From Polyangiales bacterium (lineage in GTDB: Bacteria > Myxococcota_A > Polyangia > Polyangiales > Polyangiaceae), in the NCBI GenBank assembly GCA_038231275.1, contig JBBRLQ010000001.1:480001-544000 (forward strand): a stretch of DNA of 64,000 nucleotides, read 5' to 3'. Shown piece by piece: positions 56,259 to 64,000 of this stretch. A program made the position numbers and the translations under genes. The notes beneath the pieces were generated by a model. It was not told where the DNA came from, searched no databases, and saw nothing but the letters and a program-made list of their open reading frames with translations. The stretch's first letter is position 1. Each line of letters opens with the position of its first letter.

Positions 56259-57422
56259 ATGAGTCGCTCACATCGCCTGTTCACGCCGCGAGCCGCGACG
56301 CTGGCCGCCCTCCTCGGTGCGGCGAGCGCGGGGTGCAGCGCGCTCCTGGCGATCGCCGACGTGGGATACGGGGCGCCCGACGCGGGCGGCGATGCGGGGC
56401 TGGACGAAGAGCTCGCCGCCCGCGAGGGGGGAGAGGACGCGGCGTTCTGCAAGGACGCGGACGTCGTGGCAGACCCCCTCAACTGCGGCGCCTGCCGACA
56501 CGATTGCCTCGGTGGTGCCTGCACCGGGGGCCTTTGCCAGCCGTACCTGATCGCCGTCGCAAACCACCCGCGCGGCATCGGCGTGGACGGCGCGGAGATT
56601 TACTTCGCCACGGACCGAGAGGTGCTGCACCACTCGACGCGCGCAGGCTCCGAGGTGCCCAAGAGCCTCGCGGCGAACCAGAGCGAGCCGGAGGGCCTCG
56701 CGATCACGTTGCGCGGTATCTATTGGACGACCAACGAGTACTTCATTGCGACGGGCGGAAGTCTTTCGTTCGCGACGCGGCAGGGGCAGAGCTCGGTGCT
56801 CGTTTCTCCGGCTCCGGCGAGCTTTTTTGTCGAGGCGAGAGGCGGCGCGGTTTTCTGGAACCTCCGCGCGCAAGGTGACGGGGGCGACAGCATCATGTGG
56901 ATCCATGAGGACGGCGGTACGGAGGCAGGTGCCCTCCGCGGATTGGGCAGCACGTTCGGTCTCGCCATGGACGACGAGCGCACCTACTGGACGGAGCCTT
57001 CCAAAGGCATCATCCACTATTGCGACCGACCAGCGTGCGCGATGGCGCGTACCCTCCTAAGCAGCGAGCCCGGGGCGCGGGCGATCACGGTTCGCGGCTC
57101 CCGCTTGTATTGGGTCCGGGGCTTCACATTGAAGAGCTGCACGCTGCCCGCCTGCGCCGACGAGACCACCCTCGCCTCCCAAGGCTTTGGGACGACCACG
57201 CCCGAGCCCGGAAAGATCGCCGTCGACGACGACTACGTTTACGGAAGCGGCACGGACGGAGCGACCTTGGTCCGATGTTCCGTCGCGGGGTGCGGCGGCA
57301 ATCCGGAGGTCGTCGCGACCGCGAACCAGCCATTCGACATCGCTTTGGACGATGCAGGTGTCTACTGGTCGAGCTTCGCGGCGCCCGATGCGGGTGGCGG
57401 CATCTTCGGTAAGGCGAAATAG
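56259..57422 (+). CDS. Lipoprotein with Cys-rich module and beta-propeller (YW repeats)
   Basis: Lipobox SAGC; DPLNCGACRHDCLGGAC; repeated IAVD..VYW. Confidence 0.8.
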   Translation: MSRSHRLFTPRAATLAALLGAASAGCSALLAIADVGYGAPDAGGDAGLDEELAAREGGEDAAFCKDADVVADPLNCGACRHDCLGGACTGGLCQPYLIAVANHPRGIGVDGAEIYFATDREVLHHSTRAGSEVPKSLAANQSEPEGLAITLRGIYWTTNEYFIATGGSLSFATRQGQSSVLVSPAPASFFVEARGGAVFWNLRAQGDGGDSIMWIHEDGGTEAGALRGLGSTFGLAMDDERTYWTEPSKGIIHYCDRPACAMARTLLSSEPGARAITVRGSRLYWVRGFTLKSCTLPACADETTLASQGFGTTTPEPGKIAVDDDYVYGSGTDGATLVRCSVAGCGGNPEVVATANQPFDIALDDAGVYWSSFAAPDAGGGIFGKAK

Positions 57423-57515
57423 GCGGCGCTGCCGATGAAGCCGCGGCGCCGTCACCTGACCCCGGGGCAGCAGGCCCGCTAGAGCGGCGCCTGGCTTCGT
57501 GGTAGCTCCTCCTTC

Positions 57516-58649
57516 ATGTCAATGTCGACCTGGAGCTTCCCCACCAAGATCGTCTTCGGCAACGGCGCGCTCAAGACCCTCGCGGATCACGTGAAGGCAA
57601 TCGGCGCGACGCGCGCGCTCGTCGTGTGCGATCCGGGGGTCGTGAAGGTCGGCATCGCCGAGAAGGTGAAGGCCGTCCTCGAGGGCGGCGGCGTCCCCGC
57701 GGCGATCTTCGACGGCGTCGATCCGAACCCGGTCGAGAAGAACGTTGTCGACGGCGTCGCGGCCTACAAGGCGCATGGCGCGAACGTCATCGTCTCGGTG
57801 GGCGGCGGCTCGCCGCTCGACGCCGGCAAGCTCATCGCGCTCAAGACGACGCACGAGCGGCCGCTCGTCGACTACGACGACGCGACCGGCGGCGACCAGT
57901 ACATCGGCGCCAACGTCCCGCCGATGATCACGATCCCGACGACCGCCGGCACCGGCAGCGAGGTCGGTCGCTCCGGCGTCGTGACGCTCGCGGCGAACGG
58001 GCGAAAGACCGTGATCTTCTCGCCGCACCTCCTAGCGAAGGTTGCGCTCCTCGACCCCGAGCTCACGGTCTCCATGCCCGCGCGCATCACCGCCGCCACC
58101 GGCTTCGACGCGCTCACCCACTGCCTCGAAGCGTTCTGCTCGGTCGGCGATCACCCGATGGCCGACGGCATCGCGCTCTTCGGCCTCGAGCTCTGCGCCA
58201 AGCACCTCGCGACCGCGGTCGCGAACGGCAAGGACCTCGAGGCGCGCGGCGCGATGATGAAGGCCGCGATGATGGGCGCCGTCGCGTTCCAAAAGGGCCT
58301 CGGCGCGTGCCACTCGCTCGCGCACCCGCTCTCGAGCGAGAAGGGCATGCACCACGGCCTGGCCAACGCGCTCTGCCTGCCGGCAGTTGTAGAATACAAC
58401 GAAGCGGTCATCCACGAGAAGCTCGAGCGCGTCCGCGCGATCATCGATCCCGGCGCCAAGACCGCCGCCGACGCCGTCCGAGGACTCCGCAAGAAGCTCG
58501 GTCTCCCCGAGGGTCTCCGAGCGGAGGGCGTCACCGAGGCCGACATCCCCAAGCTCGCCGACAAGGCCATCCAGGACGCGTGTCACACCAGCAATCCCAA
58601 GAAGACGACGCGCGACGATCTCGCGAAGCTCTACGCCACGTCGATGTGA
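57516..58649 (+). CDS. Iron-containing alcohol dehydrogenase
   Basis: GGGSPLDAGK, PTTAGTGSE, DALTHCLE, HSLAH and HHGLANA motifs. Confidence 0.95.
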   Translation: MSMSTWSFPTKIVFGNGALKTLADHVKAIGATRALVVCDPGVVKVGIAEKVKAVLEGGGVPAAIFDGVDPNPVEKNVVDGVAAYKAHGANVIVSVGGGSPLDAGKLIALKTTHERPLVDYDDATGGDQYIGANVPPMITIPTTAGTGSEVGRSGVVTLAANGRKTVIFSPHLLAKVALLDPELTVSMPARITAATGFDALTHCLEAFCSVGDHPMADGIALFGLELCAKHLATAVANGKDLEARGAMMKAAMMGAVAFQKGLGACHSLAHPLSSEKGMHHGLANALCLPAVVEYNEAVIHEKLERVRAIIDPGAKTAADAVRGLRKKLGLPEGLRAEGVTEADIPKLADKAIQDACHTSNPKKTTRDDLAKLYATSM

Positions 58650-58665
58650 GGGTACGCTCGGCGGC

Positions 58666-59589
58666 GTGAGCGCGCCGGGGCCGGTCTACGTCAAGCGAAC
58701 GTCCTGCCGCGCCTGCGGTGGCCCGAAGGTGACGCGCCCAAAGACCGGGTACGTCTACTGCGACTACTGCGCGACGCTCATCGACTGGGACTTCCAGGTC
58801 GCGATCTCGACGAAGGGATCAGCGCTTCCCGGACCGCAGTACGAGATCCTCGCCGCGCAGCTGAAGCCGGAGCTGGACGCCGCGCTCGCCGCCCTCGATC
58901 GACCGCGATATTACCGTGCACAATACACACTCTACGCGCTGTACGTTCAGCTGTGCCCCGCGTCGCTCTCGCCGCGCGTGGGCGATCCCGCATACCGCGC
59001 GGCGTTCGTCGACTACACCGCGAAGACGACGACCGAGCAGGATTTCGATCCGGCCACCGCGGCGACGACGGCCGCGATGGACGACGCCGTGAAGAAGCTC
59101 CAGTGGATCAACGCGGGCGGCGCGATGCAGTGCGCCCCGGCGACGTTCTGGCCGATGTGGGACGCCGTCGTGGCGAAGATCCAGGCGAGCATCGACATCA
59201 ACGGGCGAACCGGCCTCCTCGCGCAGCACCCTGACGGCGCGCCGGCGGACCTTCTCCTTCGCATGGGTCTGTCGGCGATGGTGCAGGGTTGGCTGCCTTA
59301 CCTCGGCGCCGCCGACAGCGAGCGGCTCCTCGCGGTGAGCGGCATGAAGGGCGAGTACGTCGCGGTGCAGCCGCCGCCCACGACCGAGTCGCCGTGCTCG
59401 GGATGCGGCGGCGCGCTCCACATCGTGCAAGGAGCGAAGCGCGTCGTGTGCGAGTCGTGTGGGCGCGTGAACGATCTGGGCGCCGGCTCGATCGCGTGCC
59501 CGACCTGTGGCGGCCACGTGCCGATCGGCGAGGGCAACCTCGCGTCGTGCCCGTTCTGCCGCGCAGATCTCAGGGCGATGCGGCCGTGA
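58666..59589 (+). CDS. Multi zinc-ribbon protein
   Basis: Six CxxC motifs: two N-terminal, four C-terminal. Confidence 0.75.
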   Translation: MSAPGPVYVKRTSCRACGGPKVTRPKTGYVYCDYCATLIDWDFQVAISTKGSALPGPQYEILAAQLKPELDAALAALDRPRYYRAQYTLYALYVQLCPASLSPRVGDPAYRAAFVDYTAKTTTEQDFDPATAATTAAMDDAVKKLQWINAGGAMQCAPATFWPMWDAVVAKIQASIDINGRTGLLAQHPDGAPADLLLRMGLSAMVQGWLPYLGAADSERLLAVSGMKGEYVAVQPPPTTESPCSGCGGALHIVQGAKRVVCESCGRVNDLGAGSIACPTCGGHVPIGEGNLASCPFCRADLRAMRP

Positions 59590-59600
59590 TACGCTGAGGC

Positions 59601-59834
59601 ATGGCGAAGCGAGAGACGTCCCGCGCATCGCTCGCCGTCGCCGCGCGCCTGCGTCTCGCAACCGCCATGCAGCGCGAGGGGACCCTCCTGATCCGCGAGA
59701 ACCTTCGCCGGCGCCACCCCGAGGCGAGCGAGCAGGAGCTGGATCGCCTGCTCGAAACCTGGCTCCTCGATCGCCCGCTCGATGCGCCGGGACCCCGGGT
59801 GTCATGGCCAAGAAGAAGACCGCACGCGGTGTAG
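59601..59834 (+). CDS. Small antitoxin-like protein
   Basis: ENLRRRHPEASEQELDRLLETWL; resembles partners of nucleotidyltransferase toxins. Confidence 0.6.
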   Translation: MAKRETSRASLAVAARLRLATAMQREGTLLIRENLRRRHPEASEQELDRLLETWLLDRPLDAPGPRVSWPRRRPHAV

Positions 59835-60042
59835 TCGACGCCGCGGCCCGCACGGCGACGAGCCTCGACGCGACGCGCGCCTTCAAGACCGTATCGATCT
59901 GAAGAACCTGGGCGCCGTGGCGACGGCTGCGGATTGGTCGCTCGCCGAGACCGCCGTGCGGTTGATCCGCGCGCGTGGCTACCATCGGGGTCGCGCGTTG
60001 CGGAAGCGCCTCCGCGCCTGGCGAGAGACGTCGAAAGGCTGA
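59835..60042 (+). pseudogene. C-terminal remnant of a nucleotidyltransferase (AbiEii-like)
   Basis: RLQDRIDLKNL...AVRLIRARGYHRGR with no catalytic N-terminus and no good start. Confidence 0.55.
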
Positions 60043-60064
60043 GCAAGTGCTACGCTCGTCCTCG

Positions 60065-61276
60065 ATGAGCCTCCGCGTCGTCGTCGTCGCCGCGTCGGTG
60101 ATCGTGGGGTGCGGGTCATCGACGCCGAATCCCGCGGCGCCTGGGCCCTTGGACGATGGCGGCGGCTCACTCGACGGCGGGCCCGATGGCGGCGGAAACG
60201 ACGCCACGGTGAACGGCGACGGCGCGACTCCTCCTCCGCCTCCAGGCGACGCGGGCAAGGACGGAGCGACCGGCGGCGACGCGGCTCTCGGCTCCGAGTG
60301 GCTCGTCGTGAAAGGGAACAAGATCCTCCACGCCGACGGGACGCCGTTCCGAGGGCGCGGCGTGAATTTGCACGACGAGCGCTCGTGCGAGGCGTGCTCC
60401 TTCGCGCCGGCGAACCCCGCGGGACTGAACCGCTGGGCCGATCAGCTCATCGACGTGTGGCACGCCACGTTCATTCGCTTCCTCCTCTCGTCGAAGGCCG
60501 CGCCCTTCAACGCCGGCGAGCAGCAGTGGAAGAGCCTGGTCGACGATCCCGCGTACTACGCCGACGTTCAAAACAACGTGGGCCACATGACCGGCAAGGG
60601 CGCGTACGTGCTCGTCACGCTCTTCGCCGATCCGACGATGAAGACGGAAGCCGCGGGCGGCGACGACAGCGAGTGGCCCGGCTCGGCGGGCGATGGCAAC
60701 ACGAACGCGCGCTACACGCTCCTCGCCCAGGCGTTCACTACGAACCCGCGCGTGCTCTTCGGCCTCACGAACGAGCCGCACGGTCCCGCCAATCGCGACG
60801 CCGACCTCGCCGTCCGGTACCAGTCGGCGATCGACGCGATCCGAAAGGTAGAAGACGCCGCCGGCACGCCGCACCACCTCATCGCCGTGCAAGCGCCCGA
60901 GGGGTACGCGCGCGATCTGACGTATTTCGTCGGCAAGCCGCTGCCGGGCGACAACATCGTCTACGAGATTCACCCGTACAATCCGCAGACCGAGTTCGAC
61001 AAGCTCGTCACCCAGCCGGCCAAAACGCTCCCGATCATCATCGGCGAGTACGGGCCTGCCGGCACGATGGCGGACGCCGACGTCAAGGCGCTGTGGCCCG
61101 TCGCGCAGGCCGCCGGCGTGCCGCACATCGGGTGGAATTTTCACATGCGGTGCCCGCCCAACATGCTCACCGACACGGCGTCCGACGGCTGCGGTCTCGC
61201 CGCGAGCACGGGCTACGCGTTCCCGCGGACGGCGTGGGGCGACGAGATGTTCACCTACCTGACGACCCCCTGGTGA
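60065..61276 (+). CDS. Glycoside hydrolase family 5 (cellulase-like) lipoprotein
   Basis: Lipobox IVGC; RGVN, NEPH (acid/base), HPY and IIGEYG (nucleophile) motifs. Confidence 0.88.
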   Translation: MSLRVVVVAASVIVGCGSSTPNPAAPGPLDDGGGSLDGGPDGGGNDATVNGDGATPPPPPGDAGKDGATGGDAALGSEWLVVKGNKILHADGTPFRGRGVNLHDERSCEACSFAPANPAGLNRWADQLIDVWHATFIRFLLSSKAAPFNAGEQQWKSLVDDPAYYADVQNNVGHMTGKGAYVLVTLFADPTMKTEAAGGDDSEWPGSAGDGNTNARYTLLAQAFTTNPRVLFGLTNEPHGPANRDADLAVRYQSAIDAIRKVEDAAGTPHHLIAVQAPEGYARDLTYFVGKPLPGDNIVYEIHPYNPQTEFDKLVTQPAKTLPIIIGEYGPAGTMADADVKALWPVAQAAGVPHIGWNFHMRCPPNMLTDTASDGCGLAASTGYAFPRTAWGDEMFTYLTTPW

Positions 61277-61291
61277 TAAGCTCCCTCGGTC

Positions 61292-62716
61292 ATGCTCCCC
61301 GAGAAAAAGCAGGTCCTCATCGTCGACGACGAGCCGAACCTGCGAAAGATCCTGGCCGCGCAGCTGTCCCGTGACGGCTACGACGTGATGACGGCCGAGG
61401 ACGGCGAGCAGGGGCTCCAGATGCTGCGCGAGCATCACATCGATCTCGTGGTGACCGATTTGAAGATGCCGAAGGTCGACGGGATGACGCTCCTGCGCGA
61501 GGCGCTGCGTCTGGACCCGGAGCTGCCGGTCGTCATGATCACGGCGCACGGCACCGTCGACACCGCGGTCGAGGCGCTGAAGACCGGCGCGTTCGATTAC
61601 CTCACCAAGCCGTTCGACAAGGACGAGGTCCGGCAGATCGTCGCCAAGGCGCTGAAGACGCGGCAGCTCGCCGGCGAAGAGGCGACCGTGACCGCGCCGG
61701 CCCCGAGCGCGCGCTTCGGGATCATCGGCATGTCGCCGGAGCTGACCGAGGTGTACGGCGTCCTCGAGCGCGTCGCCGACACACCGACGACGGTGCTCAT
61801 CACCGGCGAGAGCGGTACCGGCAAAGAGCTCGTCGCGCGCGCGCTTCACGAGAACTCGTCGCGCAAGGGCAAGCCGTTCATCAAGGTCAACTGCGCGGCG
61901 ATCCCCAAGGAGCTCATCGAGAGCGAGCTCTTCGGCTACGAGCGCGGCGCGTTCACGGGCGCGGTCGGCAGCAAGCCTGGTCGCTTCGAGCTCGCGGGCG
62001 GCGGCACGCTCTTCCTCGACGAAATCGGCGAGGTCCCCGTCGAGATGCAGGTGAAGCTCCTGCGCGCGTTGCAAGAGAGCGAGTTCGAGCGCGTCGGCGG
62101 CATCAAGACGATCCGCGTCGACGTGCGTCTCGTCGCCGCCACCAACCGCGATCTGAAGAAGCTCATCGCGGCCGGGAATTTCCGGGAAGATCTCTTCTAC
62201 CGCCTCAACGTCGTCCCCATCCGACTGCCCGCGCTGCGTGAACGAACGGGGGACATTCCGCTCCTCGTCGAGCACTTCCTCGGCAAATTCAACGAGCGGC
62301 TGAAGAAGCACGTGAGCGGCGTTGAAGACGACGCGCTCGAGATCCTGAAGGCGCATCCGTGGCCGGGGAACATCCGCGAGCTCGAGAACGTGATCGAGCG
62401 CGCGGTGCTCTTCTGCGACGGGCCAAAGCTGCGCGCGCAGGATCTCCCGCACGAGGTTCGAGGCGCGCCGCCGCCGTCGATGCCGCCGGTGTCCGACGCC
62501 GAGCTCCAGGCCGCGCTCGCCAACGAAGGCGGGCTGAAGGAGCACGTGAAGGTGGCGATGAGCCGGCTCGAGCGCGAGCTCGTCAGCCGCGCGCTCACGC
62601 AGACCGGTGGAAATGTCACGCACGCGGCTCGCCTGCTCAAGATCTCGCGCAAGGGGCTCCAGCTCAAGATGAAGGAGCTCGGCTTGCGCGAGGGGGTGAG
62701 CGAAAAGGGCGACTGA
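61292..62716 (+). CDS. Sigma-54-dependent response regulator (NtrC family)
   Basis: REC domain; [14 protein letters not shown] and WPGNIREL motifs; Fis-type HTH. Confidence 0.96.
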   Translation: MLPEKKQVLIVDDEPNLRKILAAQLSRDGYDVMTAEDGEQGLQMLREHHIDLVVTDLKMPKVDGMTLLREALRLDPELPVVMITAHGTVDTAVEALKTGAFDYLTKPFDKDEVRQIVAKALKTRQLAGEEATVTAPAPSARFGIIGMSPELTEVYGVLERVADTPTTVLITGESGTGKELVARALHENSSRKGKPFIKVNCAAIPKELIESELFGYERGAFTGAVGSKPGRFELAGGGTLFLDEIGEVPVEMQVKLLRALQESEFERVGGIKTIRVDVRLVAATNRDLKKLIAAGNFREDLFYRLNVVPIRLPALRERTGDIPLLVEHFLGKFNERLKKHVSGVEDDALEILKAHPWPGNIRELENVIERAVLFCDGPKLRAQDLPHEVRGAPPPSMPPVSDAELQAALANEGGLKEHVKVAMSRLERELVSRALTQTGGNVTHAARLLKISRKGLQLKMKELGLREGVSEKGD

Positions 62717-62717
62717 C

Positions 62718-63887
62718 GTGGCGCGCGCGTTCGTGTGGCGGGTGGCCGCCGTGGCTGCCGTCGGGCTCGCCGGCGCCGTATTCTCGTGCAGCCGCAGCTT
62801 GCCCTCGGCGCCGCCCGTCGATCCCACGCCTCCCGCGACCGACGCGGCCGCGCTCGTCTCGGTCCCGAGCGCAACGGCGGCCGGCGCGCCGCGCACCGGA
62901 ATGACGTGGGTGCCCGCCGGCGTGCTCAAGGCCGGCACCCCGCTCGATCGCTCGCCGCGCATCAGCGACGAAGAGCTGCCGGGCACCGAAATCCCAATGG
63001 CTGGATTCTACATCGATCTCTTGCCGTTCCCGAACGAGGCCGGCGCGATCCCCTCGACCAACGTCTCCCGCGAGGAAGCGCAGCGCGCGTGCGAGGGGAA
63101 GAACAAGCGCCTCTGCACCGAGCTCGAATGGGAGCGCGCATGCAAGGGTCCCGAGGGCACGACGTACGAGTACGGCAACGACTACCGCGCGGCGACCTGC
63201 GGCACCGGCGTCGCCGTCGAGCTCTCCGCGCGAAGGCCCACCGGTGATCGCGTGGCGTGCAAGAGCGGCTTCGGCGCCCTCGAGATGCACGGCGGCGCGT
63301 GGGAGTGGACGAGCAGCGACTGGGGGCGCGGTCACAAGGAGGACCTCGGCGTGCTGCGCGGAGGCAACGCAACGGCGGGTGAGCTCGCGGGCCGCTGCGC
63401 CAACGGGATCGCGCGCCCTGCGAGCACGAAGGGTCCGCAGATGGGATTTCGCTGCTGCGCGGGGCCGAAGAACGAAGCGAAGGTCGATCTCGTGATCACC
63501 TCCGGCGCTCCCCTCGAGCGCAGCGTCAAGCCCGTGACCCTCGCGGCGCCGCTCGCGGCCGTCGCGGGGACGGCGTGGAAGGCGACCGCGTCGGTCGATT
63601 TCGATCACGCGTGGACGTGGCGCCCCGCGCCGAACGAAGAGCTCGTCGTCGGCGCCGCGTGCATTCACGAGCCGAAGCAGACGCGGTGTGGCCTCGTCGT
63701 CGGGCGACCCAACGGCGAGTCCGCGGTCCTCGTCGCGCAGTTCGAGACCGGCTTCGTGGCGCCCGAGGTCGCGCAGAACGGCGAAGCGCGTCGAATCCGC
63801 GCGCGCGGCCTCGACGCCCAGGGCGCGTTCGTGCGCGATCTCGTCTACTCGTACGGACGCGTCGAGGTCAGCGATCCGAAGCGCTGA
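62718..63887 (+). CDS. FGE-sulfatase family lipoprotein
   Basis: KRLCTELEWERACKG, MHGGAWEWT and GFRCC motifs. Confidence 0.85.
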   Translation: MARAFVWRVAAVAAVGLAGAVFSCSRSLPSAPPVDPTPPATDAAALVSVPSATAAGAPRTGMTWVPAGVLKAGTPLDRSPRISDEELPGTEIPMAGFYIDLLPFPNEAGAIPSTNVSREEAQRACEGKNKRLCTELEWERACKGPEGTTYEYGNDYRAATCGTGVAVELSARRPTGDRVACKSGFGALEMHGGAWEWTSSDWGRGHKEDLGVLRGGNATAGELAGRCANGIARPASTKGPQMGFRCCAGPKNEAKVDLVITSGAPLERSVKPVTLAAPLAAVAGTAWKATASVDFDHAWTWRPAPNEELVVGAACIHEPKQTRCGLVVGRPNGESAVLVAQFETGFVAPEVAQNGEARRIRARGLDAQGAFVRDLVYSYGRVEVSDPKR

Positions 63888-64000
63888 TCACTTGCAGCCG
63901 AGCGCCTTGCTCCGCGCGCGCGCCTCGTCGGCGGTGACCGAGCGCGGCGTCGCGTGCCCCCACCGCGCCAGCACCACGGCATACGCCGCGCACGCGCCCG
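63888..64000 (-). CDS. 3' end of a gene running off the window (TPR-like C-terminus)
   Basis: Translates as GACAAYAVVLARWGHATPRSVTADEARARSKALGCK*. Confidence 0.55.
   Translation of the reverse strand, partial: GACAAYAVVLARWGHATPRSVTADEARARSKALGCK

Noticed and set aside
60167-62986. Very long antisense or alternate-frame ORFs (also 6269-8650, 21588-23429, 51549-53987)
   Set aside because: Arg/Ala-rich shadow ORFs expected at high GC, overlapping well-supported genes.
1-64000. tRNA, rRNA, integrase or prophage
   Set aside because: No recognisable signatures by eye; a tRNAscan/Infernal run would be needed to exclude small RNAs.

Overview
This is a gene-dense, very GC-rich (about 70% by eye) bacterial chromosome segment. 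Its gene content points to Myxococcota, probably Polyangiales (Labilithrix/Sorangium-like): Ser/Thr kinases, FHA/PEGA proteins, CdnL, an AgmX/PglI-type protein and many Cys-rich lipoproteins. About 65 CDS are supportable; no rRNA, tRNA, CRISPR array or transposase was seen. Housekeeping genes include cinA, rpe, cdnL, ppx, ccmE, gshB, ggt, kup and aspS. The best candidate for an undescribed system is a three-gene operon at 51257-54143: an unknown helical protein, a TIR protein, and a ParA/MinD-like ATPase-TIR-pYEATS fusion, lying in an apparent insertion near a PARG gene with a putative NrtR operator. Other highlights are a bufferin-type MNIO RiPP cluster with a lipoprotein precursor, twin NPQPLPP-motif lipoproteins facing a LolD-like/Cys-motif membrane protein/NosL operon, gshB and ggt sharing one palindromic start, a SigR/SigH-type ECF sigma with a matching promoter, a long structured cdnL leader, widespread apparently leaderless promoters, several small repeat elements and a decayed toxin-antitoxin pair. 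All family assignments come from motif recognition by eye, not from database searches.
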